Assembly: GCA_051294375.1 (NCBI GenBank)
Contig: CM119270.1
Location: 13,740,036-13,804,035, forward strand
Direction: 5' to 3'
Length of the DNA: 64,000 bases
Origin: Paraspadella gotoi
Lineage: Eukaryota > Animalia > Chaetognatha
Positions 33,101 to 45,588 of the stretch are shown here, in pieces (position 1 is the first letter of the stretch; each line of letters opens with the position of its first letter). A program made the position numbers and the translations under genes. The notes under the pieces were generated by a model. That model was not told where the DNA came from, did no database searches, and worked only from the letters and a program-made list of their open reading frames with translations.

Positions 33101-35938
33101 CAAAAAGGCTTGTTGTTTTTCTGTTTTTTTTTTTTAACTATTGACTAAAATGATATAAGCAATCGTATATTGAATAATGTTTCTTTCCATTTCTTTCTTA
33201 TCTCAAGTTCCCAAATTCGCGATCGGGAGTCGCGTCGACGGATAATTTTGAAGAAAAGGAGTTTGCCGAGGCGATCTGGATTATTTTAAATAACGTTTGA
33301 TTTGGAATTTTTTAGAGATCTTTTCAGTTTCATCGTAGAAATGTGCGACGTTGTACGTTTTACGTCGTTTTAAAACTTTTTATATCGTTTATACTGTTAT
33401 AAATGACTGTATGGTGGACTAAAATCACAAACGTCATCAGCGGCCATTGGTGCCGGAGGCAGTCTTGCTCCCAACCCAAAGATCGGGGTTCTAGCCCGTG
33501 GACGTCTGGCAGTAAGAGGACGGCGCTACCGCTGTAACATGGTTTACAGCCTGATCCAAGCTCAGACTGCTTATATTGAATGGTTCTGTCATTAAATATA
33601 TCATAATTACTGTCTCTTCATTGTGAGCCCGACTTGAACACAACAGCAACAAACTTTCAGGCGACATGCCTCAAACCTGGCGATGCACTTTCCGCCACAC
33701 ACATCAGGCGACATGCCTCAACTTGGTGACGAACTTTCCACCACAACAACAATTCACTGAAAAGACTCACAGACTTACCCTACGGGAGGGGAGGATGTAT
33801 GGTGGACTAAAATGCCACAAACCATTCACGGCCATTGAGTGCCGGAGGCAAGTCTATTCGCCTCCCAACCCAAAGATCCGGGGTATAGCCGGTGGTCGTC
33901 TGGCAGTTAAGAGGGACGGGCCGCTTAACCCGCCCTGTAACATGGTGTTACAGCCGATCCGAAGCTCAGGGACTGCTTATAGTTGAAAGGTTCTGTCATT
34001 AACATATATCAATACTTACTGTCTCTTCAACTGTTCAATTCTTCGTCGACTGCATATTAAATTTGAATGGTAAAAACATTTTAAAACGCATTGAATTCTT
34101 AATTCGTCGTCTACAAAGTCAGCCAAATAAACAATAAGTCCGTGGCAGCTCAAACACACTCACTAACCGTATTTAGGAACCATATCAAAAATCTTGTCAG
34201 CTTTATTGTTATTTTTTTAATTTTTTCTCTTTATTTAATATATATCGTTGAATATCTAAACTGCATTTTTTGAGTGTATCTGTTACTCTTTTGTATGTAC
34301 TGCTCTTCAACTAATTTTTTTAAACAAATAAATACATATATACTTTTAGCTGTGAATTGTAATGGATAACGATGATAAAAACTATTATAATTTTCAAATT
34401 CTTTAGTTTCTAAAACCATTTTGTTCACTTACATTTATAGTTTATTAATATTATATTAGAACTTCCCAGTATAGTTAAATATTACGTTCGATGCCTTTTT
34501 TTTTATAACGACTTCCCATTCTTGCCCCTCTCTCGAAGTGAAGGATAGGTACGGGTTTTTCAACAAAAGTCTAATACCATGAACAAACAGTCAGGGGCAA
34601 GATAACTTATTTATTAATGAATAGATAATTTTATATTGATTGTACAATTTTATGCCTTTTAATTCTTATTGCCGATTTAGCGCGTTGCCCGAAAGAATTT
34701 TAAAAACTAATGAGTCGTCGATATTTATGGATAAAACTTCTTGATTTTTTTCCCTTGATACATTTCATTTCAATTCGGAATTTTACACAACCTTTATTTA
34801 TAGTTAATTTTACAGTCCTAAATTCGCGCTGCAGTAGAACTTTGCATTTTGCACCTGCAGTTTGCAGTTTCATTATCAATTAATGATAATTAATATAATT
34901 AATATATAATTAATATCTTTTTTTAATTTAATCGTTCGAAAAAAGCCTCATTTCCAAATAATTTAATAAAGTTTTCGATAAAGCATATTAATAGCAAATA
35001 TTCGTAAAGTATTCCTCATGTTTGGATACTATGAAAGGCATTTTTTAGCTTTTATCAAAACCAATTAACACGAGGTAATTACGCTCGTCTTTCAGACGGA
35101 AGTAAATAATCTTTTTTGTTTGACAACATTTTGAAGGTAGAATTATTAAAAATTTTATCATCAATTCTATCAGTTAATTCATGCATCTCCTTTAAAAAAT
35201 AACGCGTGAGAAGAAATAAAATGAATCGGATTGAACAAGAAAATGAACGAATTCTTCAAGCGTGGATATGCGTCTTTCAGTCAAATTTAAATTATTATTA
35301 TTATTGTTACCTGATCGTTATATGTTTACAGTTATTGAATTCGGTTTGCGTTAAATTTTTGTATTAGTTTATTTTTCAGATACATGATTTCTCATCATTT
35401 TATCATTTTATAATTTAAATCGTTTGAAAGTAATTACTAAAAGCTCAAGCGGTTCTGCTACGAAAATGTCTGGACGCATCGAGAAAAAGTCGTCTGTGAC
35501 AGATTTGAAGAAGATTTTTGTGAGAATCGAAGCGAAGAACGTTCCCAGGAGAACGCGCCTCGTGCATGACGATCGAGCGCTGAGAGAGAGAGAGAGATGA
35601 GAGAGAGAGAGGAGAGAGATGAGCAGAGAGAAAGAGAGAGAGGAAGAGAGGAGAGAGAGAGAGAAGGAGAGAGAGAGAGAGAGACGGACGGATGTGGGAG
35701 CGTGTTGTTGTGAAAAAAGACGTAAATGCGAAGATCGAGCATATTTTAGACGATGATAGTATTTCTAAAGCCCTGATTCGTCGATTAGATTCATATTCAA
35801 TTACATTGTTCCCGAGGTATTTTTACCAGGGCAACATAATCGGTTCTGCGAAAGTAAAAAAAAAAAGACAATAATTAGTGGGGGGAGCAAAGAAATAGAA
35901 ATTTAAATGACTCTATGTCTCCTCTCTCTCTCGTCAGT

Positions 35939-35998
<60 letters not shown>

Positions 35999-36020
35999 TC
36001 TCTCTTTTCTCTCTCTCTCT
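27156..36020 (+). pseudogene. Indel-riddled duplicate of the eIF4G 3' end (exons 24-33 with introns) plus downstream DNA; probable raw-read or haplotype artefact
   Basis: Starts tcagcccactatggacgag (=19234) and follows 19234-27152 colinearly with dense 1-2 nt indels in exons and introns alike; very noisy A-rich stretch ~28400-29600. Confidence 0.8.
33410..34029 (+). mobile_element. TRIM (non-autonomous LTR retrotransposon, 620 bp) with tRNA-like LTRs, Helenus/TRIMp3-like
   Basis: 5' LTR 33410-33620; PBS-like TTGTGAGCCCGACTTGA 33621-33637; PPT GGGAGGGGAGGA 33784-33795; 3' LTR 33798-34029; TSD ACTG 33406-33409 and 34030-34033; empty site with a single ACTG at 25303-25306. Confidence 0.9.
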
Positions 36021-36346
36021 NNNNNNNNNNNNNNNNNNNNNNNNNCTCTCGATACCTGTTTTGGCTGGGAGCACACGATAATCGCGCTCTCAGTCTCATT
36101 CTTACAATTTATCCTCGACTTTTCGGAAGCGTCTTCTTTCTTTCTCTCTTCTTCTCTCATTCTCTCGACTTGTCGTCCCTCTCAGCCAATCAACGACGTC
36201 GCTTCCGGCGTCCCGTCCAATCAGCGACGTCGCCCGGAGCGTCTCGTCCAATCGGCGAGCCAGATGATAACGCGTGGAGGTCGCGAGAGACGAGGGGAAT
36301 CTCGACATGCGCCTCTGAGAAAAAAGTTTTTTCTCATTGTTTCGCC

Positions 36347-39300
36347 TCAGCCCACTATGGACGAGAACGAGATTCCAATTGGGCCCGGGCGGCCGCGCGG
36401 GCAGTTGTGATCCGCGTGGCAGTTCCGGCGGTGTGGCGCTACCGATCAGCAGCAGGCAGCACCAGCCCCACTTCAGCCAAACAACCAGCAACAGGGCGAT
36501 CGATCTTCCCCGGGGATTCCCGGCCAACCCGAGTCCAGGCGTGTGTCGAGCGGGGAGTTCGGGCAGGCCGCTCTGTCGATGGCGCCGCCGCGGGTCTTTC
36601 TCGCCGGCGCCGCCTTCGGTCGACCGGAGCTCGTCTCGGTCCAAACGTCTCAATTCTCTCACTCTTCGGATCCTGCTCTCGCGGACGTCCGTCCCCGACG
36701 CCCAGGGTGGCGGGTTACGGGCGCAGCGGGAAGCGGCGGCGCCGGACTGCCACCTCATGGTGGCGGCAAGCGGCGCAACGCGATTGCGCTCGCACGGGAA
36801 GCGGGGATCAATCCGCGCGATGGAAGCCGAAGAGAGGATAGGACTTCTCCTCGGCCGGCCGTGAATTCACACGGGCGGTTTCACTACCAACGCCCTCCGC
36901 CCATGACCCTCGCCAGCTACGCGCGGCGGAGGCGGCGGCCGTCAGGCTCTCGACCCAACAGCAATCCAGTTCTCGGCCCAACTCTCGTTCGCCTCAGAGA
37001 AGGGCGGTCGGTCGGAATTCCCGACCGAAATCCGAAAGGAACGCGCAGATCCGGCGCGCGGAGCGCGTTCGCTCGCGATTGTTCGGCGTCAAAGGTTGCC
37101 TGCGTTGATTCGTCTATCATCGGCTGCGCTGTCGGCCGTCTGTCCGGTATCCGTGACGTGGCGAGTCGGCGTCCACGGACGCGGCCACACGCACGATCGA
37201 CGTTCGACGCCGCCTCGACGGAGCAAACGTCGGAGATAACGGTACGGAGGGGATTTGTGGGTACGAGTTTCTCACGGCGGCGGACATTGAAGGTGAGGTT
37301 GGGTCGTGACTCTCAGGGTGAAAAAGATCGAAGGGTGCGGAAGTGTTTCGTAAAGCCAAAGAAGAACATTTCTCAATGTATTGTCGAACTATGATAGGTA
37401 AATATTAATTTTTGGTGATTAGAAAATAAACGTGCATCTCTTTGATTGGTTAATATTTTTCGCATATCAGTTTTTGACTATTAAATAAATTCCTAATGAC
37501 AGCTAGTACATTTATCTTATAATGTTACTTGTGTTAATATAGAGAATTGTCTCTTATTACATTTTACATACCTCTCCACACTCATGACAGGGAGCCAATA
37601 ATAAGAATAGATGAACGAATCAAAAGGAATTACAGAATCGCAAACGAATACTCATAAGAACGACGTATGATGATATCAAGACTATAAAATACAGATAATA
37701 AAAGAATAATAAGAATATATATAAAAGAAAAATATTAAAATAAATAAACAGATAAATAATAGATATTAGTCTGTTAATGAAATTAATAAATATAAATACG
37801 ACAATTATGCATATGTTATAGTCAATTAAATCCTACTAACAATATATAGATAATTAAGCATTTCAATATAATCTCCACAAAATACTGCCTCATAATGATA
37901 CGTACCAAAATAAATAAATTGGACTTGAAAATGATAATTAAATAAAATAATAATGGCAAAATGAGAATTAGTATTATTCTAAGAATCTACTCTATAACAT
38001 GATTTCTCAATCCTTAGAATTGTACGACGGCAGTAAATTAAGTTTAATGTAAATCAATCATATAATAAAGAAGTTTTGAGAAGAAAAAAAAAGATAAGAA
38101 AAGAACAGGCGCGAAGCAGAAGAATAATATTGCTGCACATCTCTTGAAGGAAGCAATAGCATAGAGGATTCAAAGACCGGCGTCCATCATGCAATTTGGA
38201 AAGATATAAACAGGAAGAAGAGGATCTCGTAATCAGAACTTCCCGCAGGTGAAGATATCTCGTCGGGCAGAATTATTGTCAAATCGCGTAAGTTATAAAT
38301 AATAAAACAAATAGAGAAAAATATAATTTAAATATATATACAGATTTGACATATCTGCGGTTTCAAATTGTTGGCCCGGTGGTTGACGGTTAGTAACAAT
38401 TGACATCCCGGTTTCAGTCACTTCAAAGAATATCGCGCTCCTCGTCAAATGCAATGAATATAAGATATTGAATTGTAATTTGGATGAAATTGAGATGCAC
38501 GCGAGAAGTAAAAATAATGAGATATGTATACAACCTAATCTGCTCACTCTATGCTAATCTTGGCTCGTGAAAAAAACGTAGATGGCAAGATAATTTGGTA
38601 ATTTATTTTACCGAAACTTTCTTCTGTTCGAGTAGACAAGATATCATGCGCAGTCGGATAAGAATGGCGAACGGCACCAAGAACGACAGGCGAATGGCGC
38701 AAGTATACGTCGCGAAGATTTATGGGAAAGAGCGGGACTCCGCGTGGAAGGAAAATTATTCGCCGGAAGACGAATAGAGTAGCAGGGAAAACCTCAAAGA
38801 CTTTGATGCCAAGCATGATACGGTTGAGAATTCGAGACGGCAGGACTTCGTCGTCGAGGCAGATTCGTTTGAGTCAGATGATAACAGGCTAGAAGAATTA
38901 GGTGAACGACTACGAGGTCGAACGGCACTCATGATTCGTGCATATTATGCTTATTTGTCGGTCCATCGTCGAATGCTGGACAGAAAAGAATCGGCTCCGG
39001 CCCAATCCCGTTCTATAATAAATTTTGTTTATTAGGGCTGATTACCAAACAAAGTTGCTCAGGTCAATAGACCAATAAGTGCAACGCCATTAGTCATGGA
39101 CCAGGTTCAGAACATTTAGGAGAAAATGATGAAGGATTTTCCAAAGACGACGAAATCGACAAAGTGGATCCAGTAGAGAATCATTTTTTTTGGAGTGAGA
39201 ATTACGAAAATATAATGGCGAAATACGTACTTGATCTAAAAAAAAAAATGTTCGCAGGGATTCGTCGATAAGGACTCCCAAAAATTGGAAGAATTTATTC

Positions 39301-42300
39301 GTGCTTGGGATGACCGCGGTTGTTTCCAGGGCCATTTCGGTGATTTACAATTGATCTTTATTAATAGGCGCAAAAAAATTAAAGTTTAACAAAAAATAAT
39401 ATGGAAAACGAAACTATTTCACGTTCTCTTTTCAGGCGAAAGCACCAACACGCACTACGACGGTGAAGTGATCAACGTCCGTCAAGTTGCTTCACAAGTA
39501 TTTGGCGAAGCGTGTATCGAACTCAGGCGCTCTATCCGCTCCAAGGGCTCTCCACTCTTTCAGCATCCCCGGTGCGAATGGTTTTTGGAATTAAAGCGCT
39601 ATGATAGTTTAGGCATAAGTAATAATATTGACTTTGTTCCGCCGGGGTTAATGGTAAAAATTAATTTTCGTGTTTATCCCATAAATAACGTCGCGCATTT
39701 TTCTCTTTTGCTAAAAAGGTCTCCTTCAACAAATATTCGACACGTTATAGACGAATGTCGACAGCTTTCACATGTGGCACAATCAGAAGACCCCAACGAA
39801 ACCGTAGGTGAGTAAAAGCAAAGCTACTCGCATTCATTTCAATTCAAATTTAAAAATAAAAAAATCAACGGTATCTATATATATATTTTTAATTTAATTT
39901 CGCGATATATATTAATTTAATAATGCTATTATTCCCTCCCAGGCAAAGGTGTTGCTCTTAAGTCGTCGTTCAAATTTTTTCACGTGGTTGCGAGAAGCCG
40001 ATGAGGAGGACGATGAGGAGGACGAATCGAATCAAGAATGACCCCTCTTGCGACGATCAATCACCCACCTTTCCCCTCTTGCCGCGATCCACCAACTCAC
40101 CCACTCACCCACCTTTCCCCCATCATCGCCCGTCGAACTGACCTTTCCCTTTCTTCCACTACCTTTTTTTCCCCCCGCATCCGACATGCTCCCAAACCCC
40201 CCACCCCCAAAAAAAGGAAACCTCTCACTTTTCCCTCTTTGCCCTCCTCCCCTTCTCACAGCACACTCTGCATTCCCCCCCACCATCTTCACGAATCCAC
40301 CCGCTCTCATCCGTTTCTTTAAAAAAACAACAAAAACTGAAAATGAAATTATTGTGCATTACACGAATTAAAAAAAACAACCGAGAAAACTTTCTAATTA
40401 TTATCCGCCTTCGAATTGACGTAGACCCCCCCCTTCGGCCACCCCGCCTGCCCATTCCATCCCTTTCCTTCACGTTCTTTCCATCCCCCCCTTCTTTCCT
40501 CGTTTCTACTCCCCCCCCCGCTTTATTTACAAGATGCGGATGGAAAGCGATTATGGGAGAAAAATCCGATTTCTCGGAAATGGGGAGAAAATGGATAAGG
40601 GATGAAAAGAGCGAGCCGGCGTCTTCATTTTAACCCCTTTCCCCCTTTTCCCCCCTTTCCCATTCCTTTACTCCTTTCCCTTTGCCTCTCTCCCATCCGT
40701 GCCCCCTTTTTTACCGCGCTATGTGGTGATTGATAACGACGACGAAGGCGATAAACGACTACTCGTCGTTGTACGTCGTCGTCGCCGTCGTTCTTTCCTA
40801 ATCTCCGCCAATCATGCCCTCCGCCCCCCTACGCCACTTCTTTTGACGATTGCGCTTTTGTTTTACTGTTATTTCTTTCTCGTCTCGCTCTCTCTCCTCG
40901 CTAATAGTAACAAACAAACGAAACAATACAACAATATACCGAAATGATTGATATTATTGATTTTCATTGATTCGGAAGGAGATTCGCTCAATCGAGTTTC
41001 GCGACCTGATACTTGATTCGTTTTCGCATTCCGTTCGTTTTGTTTATTTTTAGGCTCATTATTATTATTCTATTAATTCTTAACTTATTAACTACTATAG
41101 TTAATATTATAAATTCTTATATGATAAAATAGGATTATTTTCAGTAACAAAAAAAAAGACAAAAAACGAACCGCGTATCGCGCCAATGGGTCACGTGGCG
41201 TAACATAACAAAGAAAGGGCGGGAAAGAGTAAAATCACGTCGAGGGATTCTTTGCCTTTTTTTATTAGAGAGACAGTAATATATTAGTTTTAAAAAGATT
41301 GTTCTTTTTGCTTTTTTTTTCTTTTTTATTTACGAACGGCTTTTCGTGAAAAAGAGACTCTATAGGTTCAAATACGGTCTTGCCTCTGTGCCACTTTGAA
41401 ACATGAGATATCTGTCTCCTGGGCAAATCACTGTGGAAACTTGCGGAAAACTGTAATAGGAAACAATTTTGTTTTTCTCTCTTTCTCTCTCATCATCGCG
41501 CGAATCGTTTTGTCGTCCCAGTGAGTGATGCGGTATGATATATAACTCTGGTAGTATTAATAAATCACGCATTGCGGTCGCCATAAACTGAATCTATAGC
41601 TAATAATTTCAGCTGCCGTTATTTCTTAGCTTATTGTGTTGCAGTTTGACATTACTTTGCCTACTCGCGATTATGTTCGAAACATGGTTAATCTTTTTAG
41701 ACTAAAATATTTTTTTAGTGTTTTGCTTTCTCAATCGAATAATTATTTTCAGAAAGATATAATGAAATTGCTTTGTTCCGAGATCGTGTTTGAACCTTTG
41801 AGTTTCGTCATTGATTACTACTTTCTCTCTCTAGTGTAATTTATTTTCATTTCTAGTTTCATAAAAAGATTACACGACAATGATCGAGTTTTCTGCGTAA
41901 AGCGTTGAACTATGAAAAAGTAGTTAGCAAAATTATTGATGATTTCATACCGCTAAAGATGGCTTACTAGGAGATTAAGAGTTAAGTGAGCGATTTTATT
42001 TTTTGGCGTCTGATTCGACGTGGCAGCTTAAAGGAAGACTTAAATTTCATTCACTCTAATTCGCGACCTCAATTCAAAAGTAATATATTGATTGAAGCTT
42101 GCAGGGACTGCTATGTCATTATCTTGTAAGAGTGATGGGGACCTTAAACCACCAAACCTGTCCAAAGTCAGGGCAAGATAGCTTATTTATTAAATGAATG
42201 GATAATTTTTTATATTGGTTGTACATTTCCATAGTATGTGGACCAAAATTCTGTCAGATTCGAGGCAGAGCGAGAGCAGATTTGTAAAGATCAAAAAGGC

Positions 42301-45129
42301 TTGTTGTTTTTCTGTTTTTTTTTTTTAACTATTGACTAAAATGATATAAGCAATCGTATATTGAATAATGTTTCTTTCCATTTCTTTCTTATCTCAAGTT
42401 CCCAAATTCGCGATCGGGAGTCGCGTCGACGGATAATTTTGAAGAAAAGGAGTTTGCCGAGGCGATCTGGATTATTTTAAATAACGTTTGATTTGGAATT
42501 TTTTAGAGATCTTTTCAGTTTCATCGTAGAAATGTGCGACGTTGTACGTTTTACGTCGTTTTAAAACTTTTTATATCGTTTATACTGTTATAAATGACTG
42601 TATGGTGGACTAAAATCACAAACGTCATCAGCGGCCATTGGTGCCGGAGGCAGTCTTGCTCCCAACCCAAAGATCGGGGTTCTAGCCCGTGGACGTCTGG
42701 CAGTAAGAGGACGGCGCTACCGCTGTAACATGGTTTACAGCCTGATCCAAGCTCAGACTGCTTATATTGAATGGTTCTGTCATTAAATATATCATAATTA
42801 CTGTCTCTTCATTGTGAGCCCGACTTGAACACAACAGCAACAAACTTTCAGGCGACATGCCTCAAACCTGGCGATGCACTTTCCGCCACACACATCAGGC
42901 GACATGCCTCAACTTGGTGACGAACTTTCCACCACAACAACAATTCACTGAAAAGACTCACAGACTTACCCTACGGGAGGGGAGGATGTATGGTGGACTA
43001 AAATGCCACAAACCATTCACGGCCATTGAGTGCCGGAGGCAAGTCTATTCGCCTCCCAACCCAAAGATCCGGGGTATAGCCGGTGGTCGTCTGGCAGTTA
43101 AGAGGGACGGGCCGCTTAACCCGCCCTGTAACATGGTGTTACAGCCGATCCGAAGCTCAGGGACTGCTTATAGTTGAAAGGTTCTGTCATTAACATATAT
43201 CAATACTTACTGTCTCTTCAACTGTTCAATTCTTCGTCGACTGCATATTAAATTTGAATGGTAAAAACATTTTAAAACGCATTGAATTCTTAATTCGTCG
43301 TCTACAAAGTCAGCCAAATAAACAATAAGTCCGTGGCAGCTCAAACACACTCACTAACCGTATTTAGGAACCATATCAAAAATCTTGTCAGCTTTATTGT
43401 TATTTTTTTAATTTTTTCTCTTTATTTAATATATATCGTTGAATATCTAAACTGCATTTTTTGAGTGTATCTGTTACTCTTTTGTATGTACTGCTCTTCA
43501 ACTAATTTTTTTAAACAAATAAATACATATATACTTTTAGCTGTGAATTGTAATGGATAACGATGATAAAAACTATTATAATTTTCAAATTCTTTAGTTT
43601 CTAAAACCATTTTGTTCACTTACATTTATAGTTTATTAATATTATATTAGAACTTCCCAGTATAGTTAAATATTACGTTCGATGCCTTTTTTTTTATAAC
43701 GACTTCCCATTCTTGCCCCTCTCTCGAAGTGAAGGATAGGTACGGGTTTTTCAACAAAAGTCTAATACCATGAACAAACAGTCAGGGGCAAGATAACTTA
43801 TTTATTAATGAATAGATAATTTTATATTGATTGTACAATTTTATGCCTTTTAATTCTTATTGCCGATTTAGCGCGTTGCCCGAAAGAATTTTAAAAACTA
43901 ATGAGTCGTCGATATTTATGGATAAAACTTCTTGATTTTTTTCCCTTGATACATTTCATTTCAATTCGGAATTTTACACAACCTTTATTTATAGTTAATT
44001 TTACAGTCCTAAATTCGCGCTGCAGTAGAACTTTGCATTTTGCACCTGCAGTTTGCAGTTTCATTATCAATTAATGATAATTAATATAATTAATATATAA
44101 TTAATATCTTTTTTTAATTTAATCGTTCGAAAAAAGCCTCATTTCCAAATAATTTAATAAAGTTTTCGATAAAGCATATTAATAGCAAATATTCGTAAAG
44201 TATTCCTCATGTTTGGATACTATGAAAGGCATTTTTTAGCTTTTATCAAAACCAATTAACACGAGGTAATTACGCTCGTCTTTCAGACGGAAGTAAATAA
44301 TCTTTTTTGTTTGACAACATTTTGAAGGTAGAATTATTAAAAATTTTATCATCAATTCTATCAGTTAATTCATGCATCTCCTTTAAAAAATAACGCGTGA
44401 GAAGAAATAAAATGAATCGGATTGAACAAGAAAATGAACGAATTCTTCAAGCGTGGATATGCGTCTTTCAGTCAAATTTAAATTATTATTATTATTGTTA
44501 CCTGATCGTTATATGTTTACAGTTATTGAATTCGGTTTGCGTTAAATTTTTGTATTAGTTTATTTTTCAGATACATGATTTCTCATCATTTTATCATTTT
44601 ATAATTTAAATCGTTTGAAAGTAATTACTAAAAGCTCAAGCGGTTCTGCTACGAAAATGTCTGGACGCATCGAGAAAAAGTCGTCTGTGACAGATTTGAA
44701 GAAGATTTTTGTGAGAATCGAAGCGAAGAACGTTCCCAGGAGAACGCGCCTCGTGCATGACGATCGAGCGCTGAGAGAGAGAGAGAGATGAGAGAGAGAG
44801 AGGAGAGAGATGAGCAGAGAGAAAGAGAGAGAGGAAGAGAGGAGAGAGAGAGAGAAGGAGAGAGAGAGAGAGAGACGGACGGATGTGGGAGCGTGTTGTT
44901 GTGAAAAAAGACGTAAATGCGAAGATCGAGCATATTTTAGACGATGATAGTATTTCTAAAGCCCTGATTCGTCGATTAGATTCATATTCAATTACATTGT
45001 TCCCGAGGTATTTTTACCAGGGCAACATAATCGGTTCTGCGAAAGTAAAAAAAAAAAGACAATAATTAGTGGGGGGAGCAAAGAAATAGAAATTTAAATG
45101 ACTCTATGTCTCCTCTCTCTCTCGTCAGT

Positions 45130-45189
<60 letters not shown>

Positions 45190-45211
45190 TCTCTCTTTTC
45201 TCTCTCTCTCT
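36347..45211 (+). pseudogene. Second, apparently identical copy of 27156-36020 (offset 9191)
   Basis: ORF-track entries repeat exactly at +9191 (27352/36543, 30277/39468, 33666/42857, 35692/44883), including error-like indels. Confidence 0.85.
42601..43220 (+). mobile_element. Same TRIM in the duplicated block
   Basis: Matches 33410-34029 at +9191; ACTG flanks at 42597-42600 and 43221-43224. Confidence 0.88.
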
Positions 45212-45543
45212 CTCTCGATACCTGTTTTGGCGGGAGCACACGATAATCGCGCTCTCAGTTCTCATTCTTACAATTTATCCTCGACTTTTCGGAAGCGTCT
45301 TTCTTTCTTTCTCTCTTTCTCTCATTCTCTCGACTTGTCGTCCCTCTCAGCCAATCAATCGACGATACGCTTCCGGCGTCCCGTCCAATCAGCGACGTCG
45401 CCGGAGCGTCTGTCCGTCCAGATCGGCGAGCCAGAATGATAACGGCCGATGGAGGGTCGCGAAGAGACGAGGGGAATCTCGACAATGGGCCTCATTGGAA
45501 AGTTTTTCCTGTCGTTTCGCCGAGATTCGACGCGTCCTTCTCC

Positions 45544-45588
<45 letters not shown>

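Noticed and set aside
33666-33986. 106-aa ORF inside the TRIM
   Set aside because: It crosses the interior, PPT and LTR of an error-rich read and has no gag or pol motifs.
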